Shown in pieces: positions 1 through 9,246 of a stretch of 64,000 nucleotides of DNA (positions are counted from its first letter, which is position 1; each line of letters opens with the position of its first letter). The stretch is from NCBI GenBank assembly GCA_964248365.1, contig CAXTYC010000029.1, positions 1-64,000 on the forward strand. Reading direction: 5' to 3'. The stretch comes from an uncultured Chroococcidiopsis sp. GTDB taxonomy: Bacteria > Cyanobacteriota > Cyanobacteriia > Cyanobacteriales > Chroococcidiopsidaceae. The notes under the pieces were generated by a model. That model did not search any database and was not told the DNA's origin. It saw only the letters and a list, made by a program, of their open reading frames with translations. A program made the translations under genes and the position numbers.

Positions 1-181
1 TAAGTATGAATTTGAAGTAGAGATTTGAATTCAATTCAACTCATCTACAACACTACCGAACTGGCGAGGAAAAACAGCTAATGCACACTATTACCAATTT
101 GTCTAGATCGTAAGTTATGATTTTTACTGATGTTTAGATTATTTCCAAGCTCAAATCTAAACAAGTTAAGGTTGTAAAAAT

Positions 182-886
182 CTAATCTCGCCACAAAGCA
201 ATGCCACCTAACAAACCACTCAGGTTAGGGATAATTGTGACATTTGGTGGTAAATCGATAGTGACTTTTTTTGCTTCACCACCGCCGATGTAAAGGCGAT
301 CGCAATTAAATAGATGTTGGATTGATGCGATCGCTTTTTCTAGCCGATTGTTCCATTTTTTACTCCCAACTTCATCCAAAGCCGCACGTCCTAGCTGTTG
401 TTCATAAGTCTCACCTTTGCGAAACTCATGGTGTCCTAGTTCCAAATTCGGCACTAGTTTACTGTTTAAAAACAAGGCGGAACCAAAGCCTGTACCCAGG
501 GTAATTACTAATTCAACTCCCTGTCCAGAAATTGCCCCCAAACCTTGCATATCTGCATCATTTACCACCCGTACTGGCTTGCCTAATTGCTGCAATAGGG
601 CGGCTCCCAAATCAAAACCTATCCACTCTGGATCTAAGTTTGCAGCCGTTAGGGTTACGCCCTGACGCACTACACCAGGAAATCCTACTGAAACTCGACC
701 AAATTCACCAAGAGATGCTGCTAAGTGCGCGATCGCACTAATCACCGAAGAGGTACGTGGAGGTTGTGGTGTTTCTACACGGGATCTTTCAGTTAGTGGC
801 TTGCCATCTGTGTCTAAGACTATAGCCTTGATACCGCTACCACCAATGTCTACAGATAGAGTGCGGATACATCCATTTTCTTCCAT
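182..886 (-). CDS. ppgK: Polyphosphate glucokinase (ROK family)
   Basis: DIGGSGIK, GFPGVV, NDADMQG, TLGTGFGSALF and NLELGH motifs. Confidence 0.85.
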   Translation of the reverse strand: MEENGCIRTLSVDIGGSGIKAIVLDTDGKPLTERSRVETPQPPRTSSVISAIAHLAASLGEFGRVSVGFPGVVRQGVTLTAANLDPEWIGFDLGAALLQQLGKPVRVVNDADMQGLGAISGQGVELVITLGTGFGSALFLNSKLVPNLELGHHEFRKGETYEQQLGRAALDEVGSKKWNNRLEKAIASIQHLFNCDRLYIGGGEAKKVTIDLPPNVTIIPNLSGLLGGIALWRD

Positions 887-1138
887 TTGGATTTATTCCT
901 GTTTACTGCGAGGGTATTTACTTATCCTATAGTCTCAGCAATAGAAGCACATTTAATCAACTCGTTTGTAGTTAATTTGGGTATTGTGTCGCGCAAAGGC
1001 GCAAAGCCGCAAAAGTGCGTTTGTTGAAGAGATCTAGTCAGAGGGCTAAACGGAAGCATTTATTTTAGGCATAATAGAGACGGTGGGGCTATCTGGTTGT
1101 GAGTGCAAAAATTGTTAAAAGAAATAAGAGATACAATT

Positions 1139-1627
1139 ATGACAGTTTCTGATCGTAAAATTACTCAAACTTATCATCAAGAAGATATTCAGCAGATTCT
1201 CCAGATAGCGATCGCTCATCAAGCTTACCAGGGAGAATTCACGCGAGATCAACTATTAGAAATTGCTGCTGAGTTAGAAATTTCTCCCCAATCTGTGCAA
1301 CTAGCAGAACAAGAATGGCTAGCGTTGCAAACTGACATTCAAAAGCGGATGGATTTTAATAAATTTAGGCGCAGAAGATTACAAAAGCGCTTGGGAAGGT
1401 ATGGAATTACTAATTCTTTCTTAGTACTATTAAATATTGTTAGTAGTGGTGAGCTTTCTTGGTCACTATACATTTTATTATTTTGGGGTTTGTTCCTCGG
1501 TCTTGATGTTTGGAATAATTTTCATTCTCAAGGCGAAGAATATGAAATAGCATTTCAAAAATGGTATCGTCAGCGTCAAATCAAACAGTCACTTAATACT
1601 TGGTTGGATAAATTTCTCAAAGCTTAG
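1139..1627 (+). CDS. 2TM-domain cyanobacterial membrane protein
   Basis: YxQEDIQQILQIA N-terminus and two hydrophobic segments ending in WGLFLGL; ATG 1139 preferred to GTG 1103. Confidence 0.7.
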   Translation: MTVSDRKITQTYHQEDIQQILQIAIAHQAYQGEFTRDQLLEIAAELEISPQSVQLAEQEWLALQTDIQKRMDFNKFRRRRLQKRLGRYGITNSFLVLLNIVSSGELSWSLYILLFWGLFLGLDVWNNFHSQGEEYEIAFQKWYRQRQIKQSLNTWLDKFLKA

Positions 1628-1705
1628 CAAAGTAACCGTAGCGCCCTAATGCCCCTGACGAAATGAAAATAGCTGTCGGCGGGGATATCTGGCATAAATA
1701 TTAAT

Positions 1706-1908
1706 ATGGATAGCAAGGCAACAATACTAACTGATAGTTGGGTAGTAGCTAGTTGGGCTGAATACATCCAAATAATCGAATATCCACGCTTAAAAAAAGC
1801 TAAGGGTTACTACTAGAAATTTCTCTGTTAGAAGAAGCGCGGCGGCGCACTCGCCAAATGAATCAAAGTTCGGTTGGTTCCTGGTTATTAACTTCTTTTC
1901 AAAAATAG
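1706..1908 (+). pseudogene. Internally deleted Uma2-family endonuclease relic
   Basis: N-terminal piece MDSKATILTDSWVVASWAEYIQIIEYPRLKKAKGYY* joined out of frame to a C-terminal piece LEISLLEEARRRTRQMNQSSVGSWLLTSFQK*; the catalytic core is absent. Confidence 0.65.
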
Positions 1909-1964
1909 TATTTTTTGAAGCTTAGTTAGAAAGTTGATTAGGATATTTGAAAAATAAAAAAGTT

Positions 1965-2582
1965 ATGACCACTACTACAGTTAAAAAACTCAGTTTTATT
2001 GAGTTTCTCGAACAGTATCCAGATGGTAAAGGCATTTTCGAGTTAGTAAATGGGGAAATCGTACAAGTGGAGCCAACCAGAGCGCATAAAAATGTAGCAC
2101 GATATCTTGTTAAATGTTTTGATAGAGAAAGTGAACGATTAGGACTTGACTACATTATTGACAAAGATATACTCATTAGAACTGTTTCGGCTAATGGGCA
2201 AGAACAAGGCAGAAACCCAGATGTGGGCGTGGTTAGTGCAACGTGGAATAGCAATGTACTGGGATATGGTGCTGTTACTGAACCTATCCAACTTGCGGTA
2301 GAAGTTGTGTCAACCAACTGGGAAGATAATTATGTTGATAAGTTAGATGAGTATCATAGGCTTGGTATTCCTGAATATTGGATTGTTGATTATTTAGCGA
2401 TCGCGTCCAGATCATATTTGGGAAACCCTAAAGAACCTAAAGTTTTTGTGTAACATCTAGTCGATGGTAAATATCAATCGTCCAGCTTCAAAGATTCAGA
2501 GCGTATTATCTCCCCTACTTTTCCTGAGTTAGAACTCACAGCAGAGCAGATTTGTCAAGCAAGTCAAATTAGAAAACTCTGA
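1965..2582 (+). pseudogene. Uma2-family endonuclease with in-frame nonsense codon
   Basis: ELVNGEIV, RNPDV, LAVEVVS and GIPEYWIVD motifs; TAA at 2451-2453 is followed in frame by HLVDGKYQ...IISPTFPELELTAEQI...* ending at 2582. Confidence 0.8.
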
Positions 2583-2618
2583 ATTTCTCACCCATCAATG
2601 ATCCATAAATACTTACCT

Positions 2619-2659
2619 TGATTGATAATTGATAACTGATAACTGATAATTGATAACTG
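2619..2659. repeat. STRR heptamer tandem repeat (TGATAAY)n
   Basis: ttgataattgataactgataactgataattgataactg. Confidence 0.85.
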
Positions 2660-2660
2660 T

Positions 2661-3440
2661 ATGCGCTTATCCCAAGGACAGCTAAATTTACTAGAACGTT
2701 GTCCGCGTCAGTTTCAACACACTTACTTAGAACAACTCGCCTCACCTATCAACCCAGAACAGCAGGAACGACAAACTTGGGGAAGTCGCTTTCACTTGCT
2801 GATGCAACAGCGAGAACTAGGCTTACCAATTGAATCTCTTGTTCAAGAAGATCAATTGTTGCAACACACGATGTCAGCTTTTGCTAGTGCAGCACCGGAA
2901 ATATTGACACCCGACATAAATAGTCAATTCCGCGAAAGCGAACATTGTCGTACTTTGCAAGTGCAAGATTATTTGCTAACTGTTATATATGACTTGTTAA
3001 TTGCTGACTATAGGACGGCTCAAATTCTCGACTGGAAAACTTACCCCAAACCCCAAAACAAGCGCAAGCTAGAACAAAATTGGCAGACTCGTCTTTATTT
3101 ATATGTATTGGCACAAACGAGCGACTATCTACCAGAACAGATTTCTATGACTTACTGGTTTGTCCAATCTGATGATAAACCTCAATGCATCAAATTTACA
3201 TATAGTCAAGCACAGCACGAGAAAATTGGACAAAAACTTAATCGGCTATTAAACCAGTTAACTCGTTGGCTGCAAGGTTACGAGCAGGGAGAGCCATTTC
3301 CACAGGTAGCAGAAGGTAGCAAACATTGTGAATATTGTCAATATGTGACTCGGTGTGAACGCGATCGCTACGCTGGAGAAGAAGCCCTGAGTACACAATG
3401 GCTGCAAAATCTAGACAATATTCAAGAAGTGTCCTTGTGA
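2661..3440 (+). CDS. PD-(D/E)xK nuclease, Cas4/AddB-like, with Fe-S cysteines
   Basis: N-terminal CPRQF, YDLL...LDWKT, QTRLY and C-terminal CxxCxxxxxC. Confidence 0.8.
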   Translation: MRLSQGQLNLLERCPRQFQHTYLEQLASPINPEQQERQTWGSRFHLLMQQRELGLPIESLVQEDQLLQHTMSAFASAAPEILTPDINSQFRESEHCRTLQVQDYLLTVIYDLLIADYRTAQILDWKTYPKPQNKRKLEQNWQTRLYLYVLAQTSDYLPEQISMTYWFVQSDDKPQCIKFTYSQAQHEKIGQKLNRLLNQLTRWLQGYEQGEPFPQVAEGSKHCEYCQYVTRCERDRYAGEEALSTQWLQNLDNIQEVSL

Positions 3441-3977
3441 AGGACTTCTAACTTCAATTGTAATGGACTTACCAAGATAGAAAGCAAGCACGAATTGCCA
3501 CTGTCCCTTTTAAGCCAAGCGATTTGACAGGGCTGGTTATAGGCGTATAAAACCTGCCATGATGTCGCGCAAACTATCAGTAATTACTGGGGAAGTTGCC
3601 CTTAATTCCCTTGCAAGTGAATCACAAACTTTGTTATAGTTTCCAGTTTCTGACTGGGAACTAGGGATTTAGTATGATGGCATTTATTTGGCTAATAAAT
3701 GTACCTTGAGATAGATTAATCGCCGTTGTGCTGCGCTAGTATACCTCAAATCCATTTAATTTTGTAGATATTCAGATAAATAATTTGCTCCCCCCGTCCA
3801 TTACTACAAAAACCAGAATTTTTTTTACATAATGTTCTCACTGAACAAAATCAAAAGAATTGACAACCAAATCTAAATTTTGTTCATTTTAGCCGGAATG
3901 TTTATACTGTAAACTTTAAGTGAAATGTGGCGTTAAGTGTGTCTTTTTTTCTTTGATTTTTATTTATTAGCACTTAT

Positions 3978-4120
3978 AAATTCAAAGGCTTTGAATTTTA
4001 ATTTAGTTTAATCTCAACCCTTTTCTAACCAGATAACACAACTAGTTATTCGGTTAGAAAATAGATTGTTTATTGAAGATGAAAGTCAAAAAGATGCTTT
4101 CATTCATGTGTTTGACTTTC
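3978..4120. promoter_or_regulatory. Three successive inverted repeats upstream of the Gly-rich gene
   Basis: AAATTCAAAG-G-CTTTGAATTT (3978-3998); TTTTCTAACC...GGTTAGAAAA (4021-4061); GAAAGTCAAA...TTTGACTTTC (4081-4120). Confidence 0.5.
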
Positions 4121-4166
4121 CTCTTATCTGGGGAATTTCTGTTCTAGCAATAGGAGTTTAATTCCG

Positions 4167-5411
4167 ATGGCAACTTCTGAGAATAGTAATCAGACGGCTG
4201 GGTCACAAGCTAATAGCAGCAATTTCACTGGTAATGGCAATTGGACTTTCAGCGATGGCAAATGGCAGTCCACTGATGGCAGCACTTTAGATGCTGGCGG
4301 TGCTGGTGGCGCTACTAATGGCTTCGGTGCTGGGGCTGCTGCTGGCGGCGGCTTCGGTGGTGGTGGTGCTGGCGGTGCTGGCGGCTTCGGTGCTAGTGAC
4401 GGCAACCCGTTGGCTGGTGGTGGCGACAACTCCAGAGCAGATAGTAACCACGTTTACACACGGGAAGCTGACCAGGGGGGATTAAGTGATGGTAACAACC
4501 CGTTCAATCAATTGGTCGGAGTCCTTGGCGGTGACACCAGCTCATTAGATGGTGGTGGTAATCCCTTTGCAAGTGGTGGCAGCGCTCCCAGTGGAGATAG
4601 TGCCTCAACATCTGGTGGTGGCAGCGCTCCCAGTGGAGATAGTGCCTCAACATCCGGTGGTGGTAACAACCCGTTTGCTGGTGGTGGCAGTTCAGCGTCA
4701 GGTGGTGGTGAAAATGCTGTCAGTGGCAGCCTTCCTGGTAACTTACCATTTGGTGACACCCCCCCTTCCAAGGAAAGTGGTAGCAACCTGCCGGAATCTG
4801 GCAACGGTCTACCTGTACCTTATAACAGTAGCAACTGGACAGAGGATCTTAACAATATAGACTCTAGTGCAAATGCTACAGGCAACACTGGTCAAGGCAA
4901 CGGTAACTGGAGCCTTGGTAGTAACAACGCAACCAACGGTAATGGTAACTGGAACTTTGGTAGTGGCAACACAACCAGCGGTAACGGCAACTGGAACTAC
5001 GGTGATGGCGGCTCTGGCACTGGTAATGGCAACTGGGGCTTTGGCAGTGGCAACACCACCAATGGTAATGGCAACTGGGGTATAGGCAACAACAACGACA
5101 TCGTTGGTAATGCCAATATGCCTACTGGCAATGGCAACGACATCCTTGGTAGTGGCAACACTTCCAATGTTAGTGACAGCAATCTGCTTGGGAACCGGAT
5201 TGAAGCCAGTGGTGATGGCAAAACACTCATTGGCAATGAAGGCTGGAACTTCTCTGCTAACGGCGAGTTGATATCGCTAGGTAGTAGTACGCCTGGCGAA
5301 GGAGTTGTCACTGATGTCACTAATTTACTCAGTAGCCCTGACCTTGCATCATCCGCCATGTCAAATCCAGGTTACAACAACCCGAATTATGATTACTCTG
5401 CCACAGTCTAA
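4167..5411 (+). CDS. Gly/Ser/Asn-rich protein with NPF motifs and GNGNW/GxxN heptad repeats; function unknown
   Basis: 414-aa ORF with RBS AGGAG; repeats GNGNWxx-GxxNxxx; 42-bp tandem duplication at 4575-4658. Confidence 0.8.
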   Translation: MATSENSNQTAGSQANSSNFTGNGNWTFSDGKWQSTDGSTLDAGGAGGATNGFGAGAAAGGGFGGGGAGGAGGFGASDGNPLAGGGDNSRADSNHVYTREADQGGLSDGNNPFNQLVGVLGGDTSSLDGGGNPFASGGSAPSGDSASTSGGGSAPSGDSASTSGGGNNPFAGGGSSASGGGENAVSGSLPGNLPFGDTPPSKESGSNLPESGNGLPVPYNSSNWTEDLNNIDSSANATGNTGQGNGNWSLGSNNATNGNGNWNFGSGNTTSGNGNWNYGDGGSGTGNGNWGFGSGNTTNGNGNWGIGNNNDIVGNANMPTGNGNDILGSGNTSNVSDSNLLGNRIEASGDGKTLIGNEGWNFSANGELISLGSSTPGEGVVTDVTNLLSSPDLASSAMSNPGYNNPNYDYSATV

Positions 5412-5507
5412 AACTCTGTAGCAGAGCATCGCCAGTGTTTGCAACCCAATCACTGTAGTTTTCGTTTCCACAATTCGTCTAATACGACAAAAAACAGGAG
5501 TTTAATT

Positions 5508-6197
5508 ATGGCAGACAGTGTTAACTTCTCCACCACCCTCGATCAAGTTGAAAGCTTGATTAACAAGGGGATAGCTGAAGCTCAGTCTAATTCAACAGCC
5601 CAAGGTGAAGATAGCTCGACGACATCTTCAGTTTTCGCTCAAATCCAAAGTTCAATTGGGCAGGGGATAGACCAAGCTCGGTCTAATTCAACAGCCCAAG
5701 GAGATACATCAACATCTTCAAATTCATTTGCTGACTTTTTTGCTAATAATTTAGCAGGTGATCAGTCAAATACGTCAGATTCTTCAAATTCCTCTGGGGC
5801 AACCACAGACGGCAATACTACTACCCAGGAAAGCTTAATCCAGATTGGGCAACAACAAGTTGCTGCTAATCTAGGGAGTGACTCTCTAACTAATCCTAGT
5901 GAAGGTAACAGCAACGGTGCATATTCCTACAACTTCCAAGGTTCAGACATTAAGCCTGTTTTTGATCAATCAACAGGTAAAGTGTCTCTTGAAATAGACG
6001 GAAAAACCGTAGATTTATTCAGCTTTAGTGGCGGCTCCTTTGGTGGCGGCAGTTCCTCTGGCGGTGGTAACAACAACCCCTTATCCAGTGGCAGCTCTGA
6101 AGGCGGCAACCCCTTCGGTAGTAGTAGCTCCTTCGGCGGTGGAAGTGGCAACCCCTTCTCCAGTGGCGGCTTCGGCGGTGGCGGCTTCGGCGCTTGA
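5508..6197 (+). CDS. Ser/Gly-rich acidic protein with C-terminal GNPF repeats; function unknown
   Basis: RBS AGGAGTTTAATT directly before ATG 5508; internal repeat of the ...GI.QA.SNSTAQG unit; tail NNPL/GNPF/GNPF/GGFG. Confidence 0.75.
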   Translation: MADSVNFSTTLDQVESLINKGIAEAQSNSTAQGEDSSTTSSVFAQIQSSIGQGIDQARSNSTAQGDTSTSSNSFADFFANNLAGDQSNTSDSSNSSGATTDGNTTTQESLIQIGQQQVAANLGSDSLTNPSEGNSNGAYSYNFQGSDIKPVFDQSTGKVSLEIDGKTVDLFSFSGGSFGGGSSSGGGNNNPLSSGSSEGGNPFGSSSSFGGGSGNPFSSGGFGGGGFGA

Positions 6198-6266
6198 TTT
6201 GCCTAAGCGTAAACCGCAGACTTTACTGTTGAAGTTGGACAGTAAAGCTTAAGCAATAAATAGTTT

Positions 6267-6295
6267 AACGGTAAGCGATCGCTTACCGTTTTCTT
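6267..6295 (+). terminator. Putative intrinsic terminator, a perfect 24-bp palindrome centred on HIP1
   Basis: AACGGTAAGCGATCGCTTACCGTT followed by TTCTT; a second hairpin CTTTACTGT...ACAGTAAAG lies at 6221-6248. Confidence 0.6.
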
Positions 6296-6380
6296 GATGT
6301 TTGTAAATTGTTTTTTTGACACAAATACATTGAATGGCGATGCTGCGGCACAATAGCCAGAAGGAGATGACGCTAACAAA

Positions 6381-8855
6381 ATGCCCCAGCAACAGCAGCA
6401 ATGGAATCTTGCATCAATTGTGCCGCCCCAGTGGTTTGTGCAAGCGCTAAGAAACCTCGCCCCTGATATATCTGGGAATTACGCCGCCCAACTGTTATGG
6501 CAGCGAGGAATTCAAGATTTACAGCAATTGGCTGGTTTTGTCAACCCCCAATTATATCACCCAGCCAGCCCGTTTGAATTTGGGCAAGAAATGCATCAGG
6601 CGGTGGAAAGATTGCAATTAGCACGCGATCGCGCGGAAAAAATCGCTATCTGGGGAGACTTCGATGCTGATGGCATCACATCGACGGCTGTTTTATGGGA
6701 TGGCTTAGGGCAGTTTTTTCCCCCACATACTCAGTCATACTACATCCCCAATCGATTCACCCAATCTCACGGGCTTAACTGCCAAGGAATTGATCAGCTT
6801 GCCAGTAACGGTTGCAAACTAATTGTGACTTGCGACACTGGCAGTACAAATCTAAATGAAATTAACTATGCCAACTCTCTAGGGATAGATGTAATTATTA
6901 CCGATCACCATACATTACCTGCCCAGCGTCCGCCAGTTATAGCTATTATCAATCCCCGCTATTTACCTTCTGACCATCAGTTATTTCATCTTTCAGGGGT
7001 AGCTGTAGCTTACAAATTGGTGGAAGCCTTATATCAAACTCTGCCCGATGTACCTGGACAACCACTGTTTGATTTATTGGATTTAGTAGCGATCGGTTTA
7101 ATTGCTGACTTGGTGCAATTGAGTGGGGATTGTCGCTATTTAGCTCAAATCGGAATTGAGCGAATGCAACAGGATTTCAAACAGCCAGCTCTGTCACGGC
7201 GACGACCTGGGGTGGGAAGATTGCTGGAACTATGCCAAAAAAGTGGCGATCGCCCTACAGATATTTCCTTCGGTCTTGGTCCTCGCATCAACGCCGTTAG
7301 CCGCATTCAAGGCGACGCTAGCTTTTGCGTAGAACTGCTCACCAGCCGCAATCAAGCTCTTGTAAATCAACTTGCTCAAGATACCGAACTTGCAAACACT
7401 CGTCGCAAATCTTTACAAAAAGAAGTTGCTGCCCAAGTAGCTAAAAAGCTCTCCCAACTCGACTTATCCACCACCAGCGTCATCGTCCTAGAAGATCCCC
7501 AATGGCAAGCCGGAGTATTAGGATTAGTAGCAGGACTTGTAGCCCAAGAAACTGGACGACCTACTATTCTCTTAAGTACAGAAGAAATAGGGACTAGGGG
7601 CTTGGGATTAGAGACTAGGGAAACTAAAGAGCAGACTAAAAGTGAGTTCCCCAGCCCCCAGCCCCCAGCCCCTAGCCCCCAGCCTCTGGCGCGTGGATCG
7701 GCTCGTTCTGTGAATAACATTGATCTTTACCAGCTAGTAAAAGACCAAGCACATTTATTGCATCGCTTTGGTGGACATCCCTTTGCAGCTGGGTTGAGTC
7801 TACCTGTTGAAAACATTCCTTTGTTTACACAAGCAATTAACCAACGACTACGACAGCACAGTAGTGAACTGACTACACCCCTAGTACAAGCAGATTTAGT
7901 TGTTACCGTAGCAGACTTGGGTAAAGACTTGTTTCGAGAATTGAAATTGTTGGAACCTTGTGGTATGGGCAACCCTGTGCCAAAACTGCTAATCCAAAAC
8001 TGCTGGTTTGAAAATGCATCCCATCGCAATCAACAAGATTGGCGAGGCAATAAAGTACAGTACATCAAAACCGAGTTTGAAATTCAGGATGAATCGACCA
8101 CAAACCGCTTTCCTGGTGTGTGGTGGGGACATTACAAGGAAGAATTACCAACCAAAAGATGTGATTGTATAGTAGAACTTGATTACAATACATTCAAGCC
8201 TCGCTATGAAATCCGGCTTATTGCCGTCAGAGCTACCTCTGATTGTTCACACCTAACCTCGCAACCAAGTGCCTTACAAGCTAAGGGGGTATCACACCAT
8301 CGCCCTGAAATTATTGACTGGCGTAAAATCGGTACTAATGGCGAAAAATCCGTCCCTAGACAAAAAACCGCCCCTACTGATTCAGAAATCTTGATCGTGC
8401 AACAATGTCCCACTAGCTGGGATGATTTACGCGCTTGGTTGAAACGATCGCTATTTGAGAAAAAACAACTGGCGATCGCTTGGAATTCACCATCATCAGT
8501 CCCACCGAGTCAAATTTGGCAACAACTAGTCGGCATTGCCAAATATCTAAGTCGCACAGGGAAAACTGTTACAAGGGTGCAACTTTGTCAAAAGCTGGGG
8601 ATCAGCGACCAATTGCTTCGACTTGGGTTTGAAGCACTTTCTTATTTAGGCTTCTGTGTTAGTTTACAAGACCGATATTTTAGCATGGGATCAACTTCCC
8701 CCACCCACTCAACAGTTTCAGATGTTGCTTGTTTACAAGCAATTGAAAAATTTATCGCTGCTGTACGAGAAGAACAATTTTTAAGGCAGTATTTTTATGA
8801 AGTTCCGTTAACTACAATCTGTGCGATCGCCGCGGCTGAAGTAAACAATTATTAA
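6381..8855 (+). CDS. recJ: Single-stranded DNA exonuclease RecJ
   Basis: GDFDADG, TCDTG, TDHH, IADLV, GPRINA, RGSARS and FGGHPFAAG motifs. Confidence 0.93.
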   Translation: MPQQQQQWNLASIVPPQWFVQALRNLAPDISGNYAAQLLWQRGIQDLQQLAGFVNPQLYHPASPFEFGQEMHQAVERLQLARDRAEKIAIWGDFDADGITSTAVLWDGLGQFFPPHTQSYYIPNRFTQSHGLNCQGIDQLASNGCKLIVTCDTGSTNLNEINYANSLGIDVIITDHHTLPAQRPPVIAIINPRYLPSDHQLFHLSGVAVAYKLVEALYQTLPDVPGQPLFDLLDLVAIGLIADLVQLSGDCRYLAQIGIERMQQDFKQPALSRRRPGVGRLLELCQKSGDRPTDISFGLGPRINAVSRIQGDASFCVELLTSRNQALVNQLAQDTELANTRRKSLQKEVAAQVAKKLSQLDLSTTSVIVLEDPQWQAGVLGLVAGLVAQETGRPTILLSTEEIGTRGLGLETRETKEQTKSEFPSPQPPAPSPQPLARGSARSVNNIDLYQLVKDQAHLLHRFGGHPFAAGLSLPVENIPLFTQAINQRLRQHSSELTTPLVQADLVVTVADLGKDLFRELKLLEPCGMGNPVPKLLIQNCWFENASHRNQQDWRGNKVQYIKTEFEIQDESTTNRFPGVWWGHYKEELPTKRCDCIVELDYNTFKPRYEIRLIAVRATSDCSHLTSQPSALQAKGVSHHRPEIIDWRKIGTNGEKSVPRQKTAPTDSEILIVQQCPTSWDDLRAWLKRSLFEKKQLAIAWNSPSSVPPSQIWQQLVGIAKYLSRTGKTVTRVQLCQKLGISDQLLRLGFEALSYLGFCVSLQDRYFSMGSTSPTHSTVSDVACLQAIEKFIAAVREEQFLRQYFYEVPLTTICAIAAAEVNNY

Positions 8856-8900
8856 TTAGCTATTAGCTATTAGCTATTAGCTGTTAGCTTTTAGCGATTA
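8853..8900. repeat. STRR (TTAGCTA)n
   Basis: ttagctattagctattagctattagctgttagcttttagc. Confidence 0.85.
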
Positions 8901-9246
8901 GTGAGTAGCAAGTAGCAACACAATTGACTAATAAGTAACAAAAATAACCATTTGCTAGAAACAAAGAGGAATTGCACGCCAGCACGCAAAGCGTTCTCGC
9001 AACCGCGCGCTTTGCTAATTGACAACCTGGACAATAGGTAAAGTGTCACTGTTTTAGTATTACAAATTTGATAAATTTGGGTAAAGTAAAAATAGTAAGT
9101 TTAGAAAAATAGAATAACCGAATTGTGTTTACTGTCAGTTACCACTTTTCGGGTGTATATTCAATAGATTGCCACTCAGGGCGGATAATAAAAGGCTCTG
9201 AGTGAGTCATCAGATCAAGAATGCCAACCCTTCTTCGCCAATCTCA

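Noticed and set aside
3480..3760. Possible gene remnant in the intergenic region
   Set aside because: No convincing reading frame or motif on either strand
4190..5359. Pro-rich antisense and alternative-frame ORFs over the Gly-rich gene
   Set aside because: Shadows of GGN/AAC codon repeats; the plus-strand frame has the RBS
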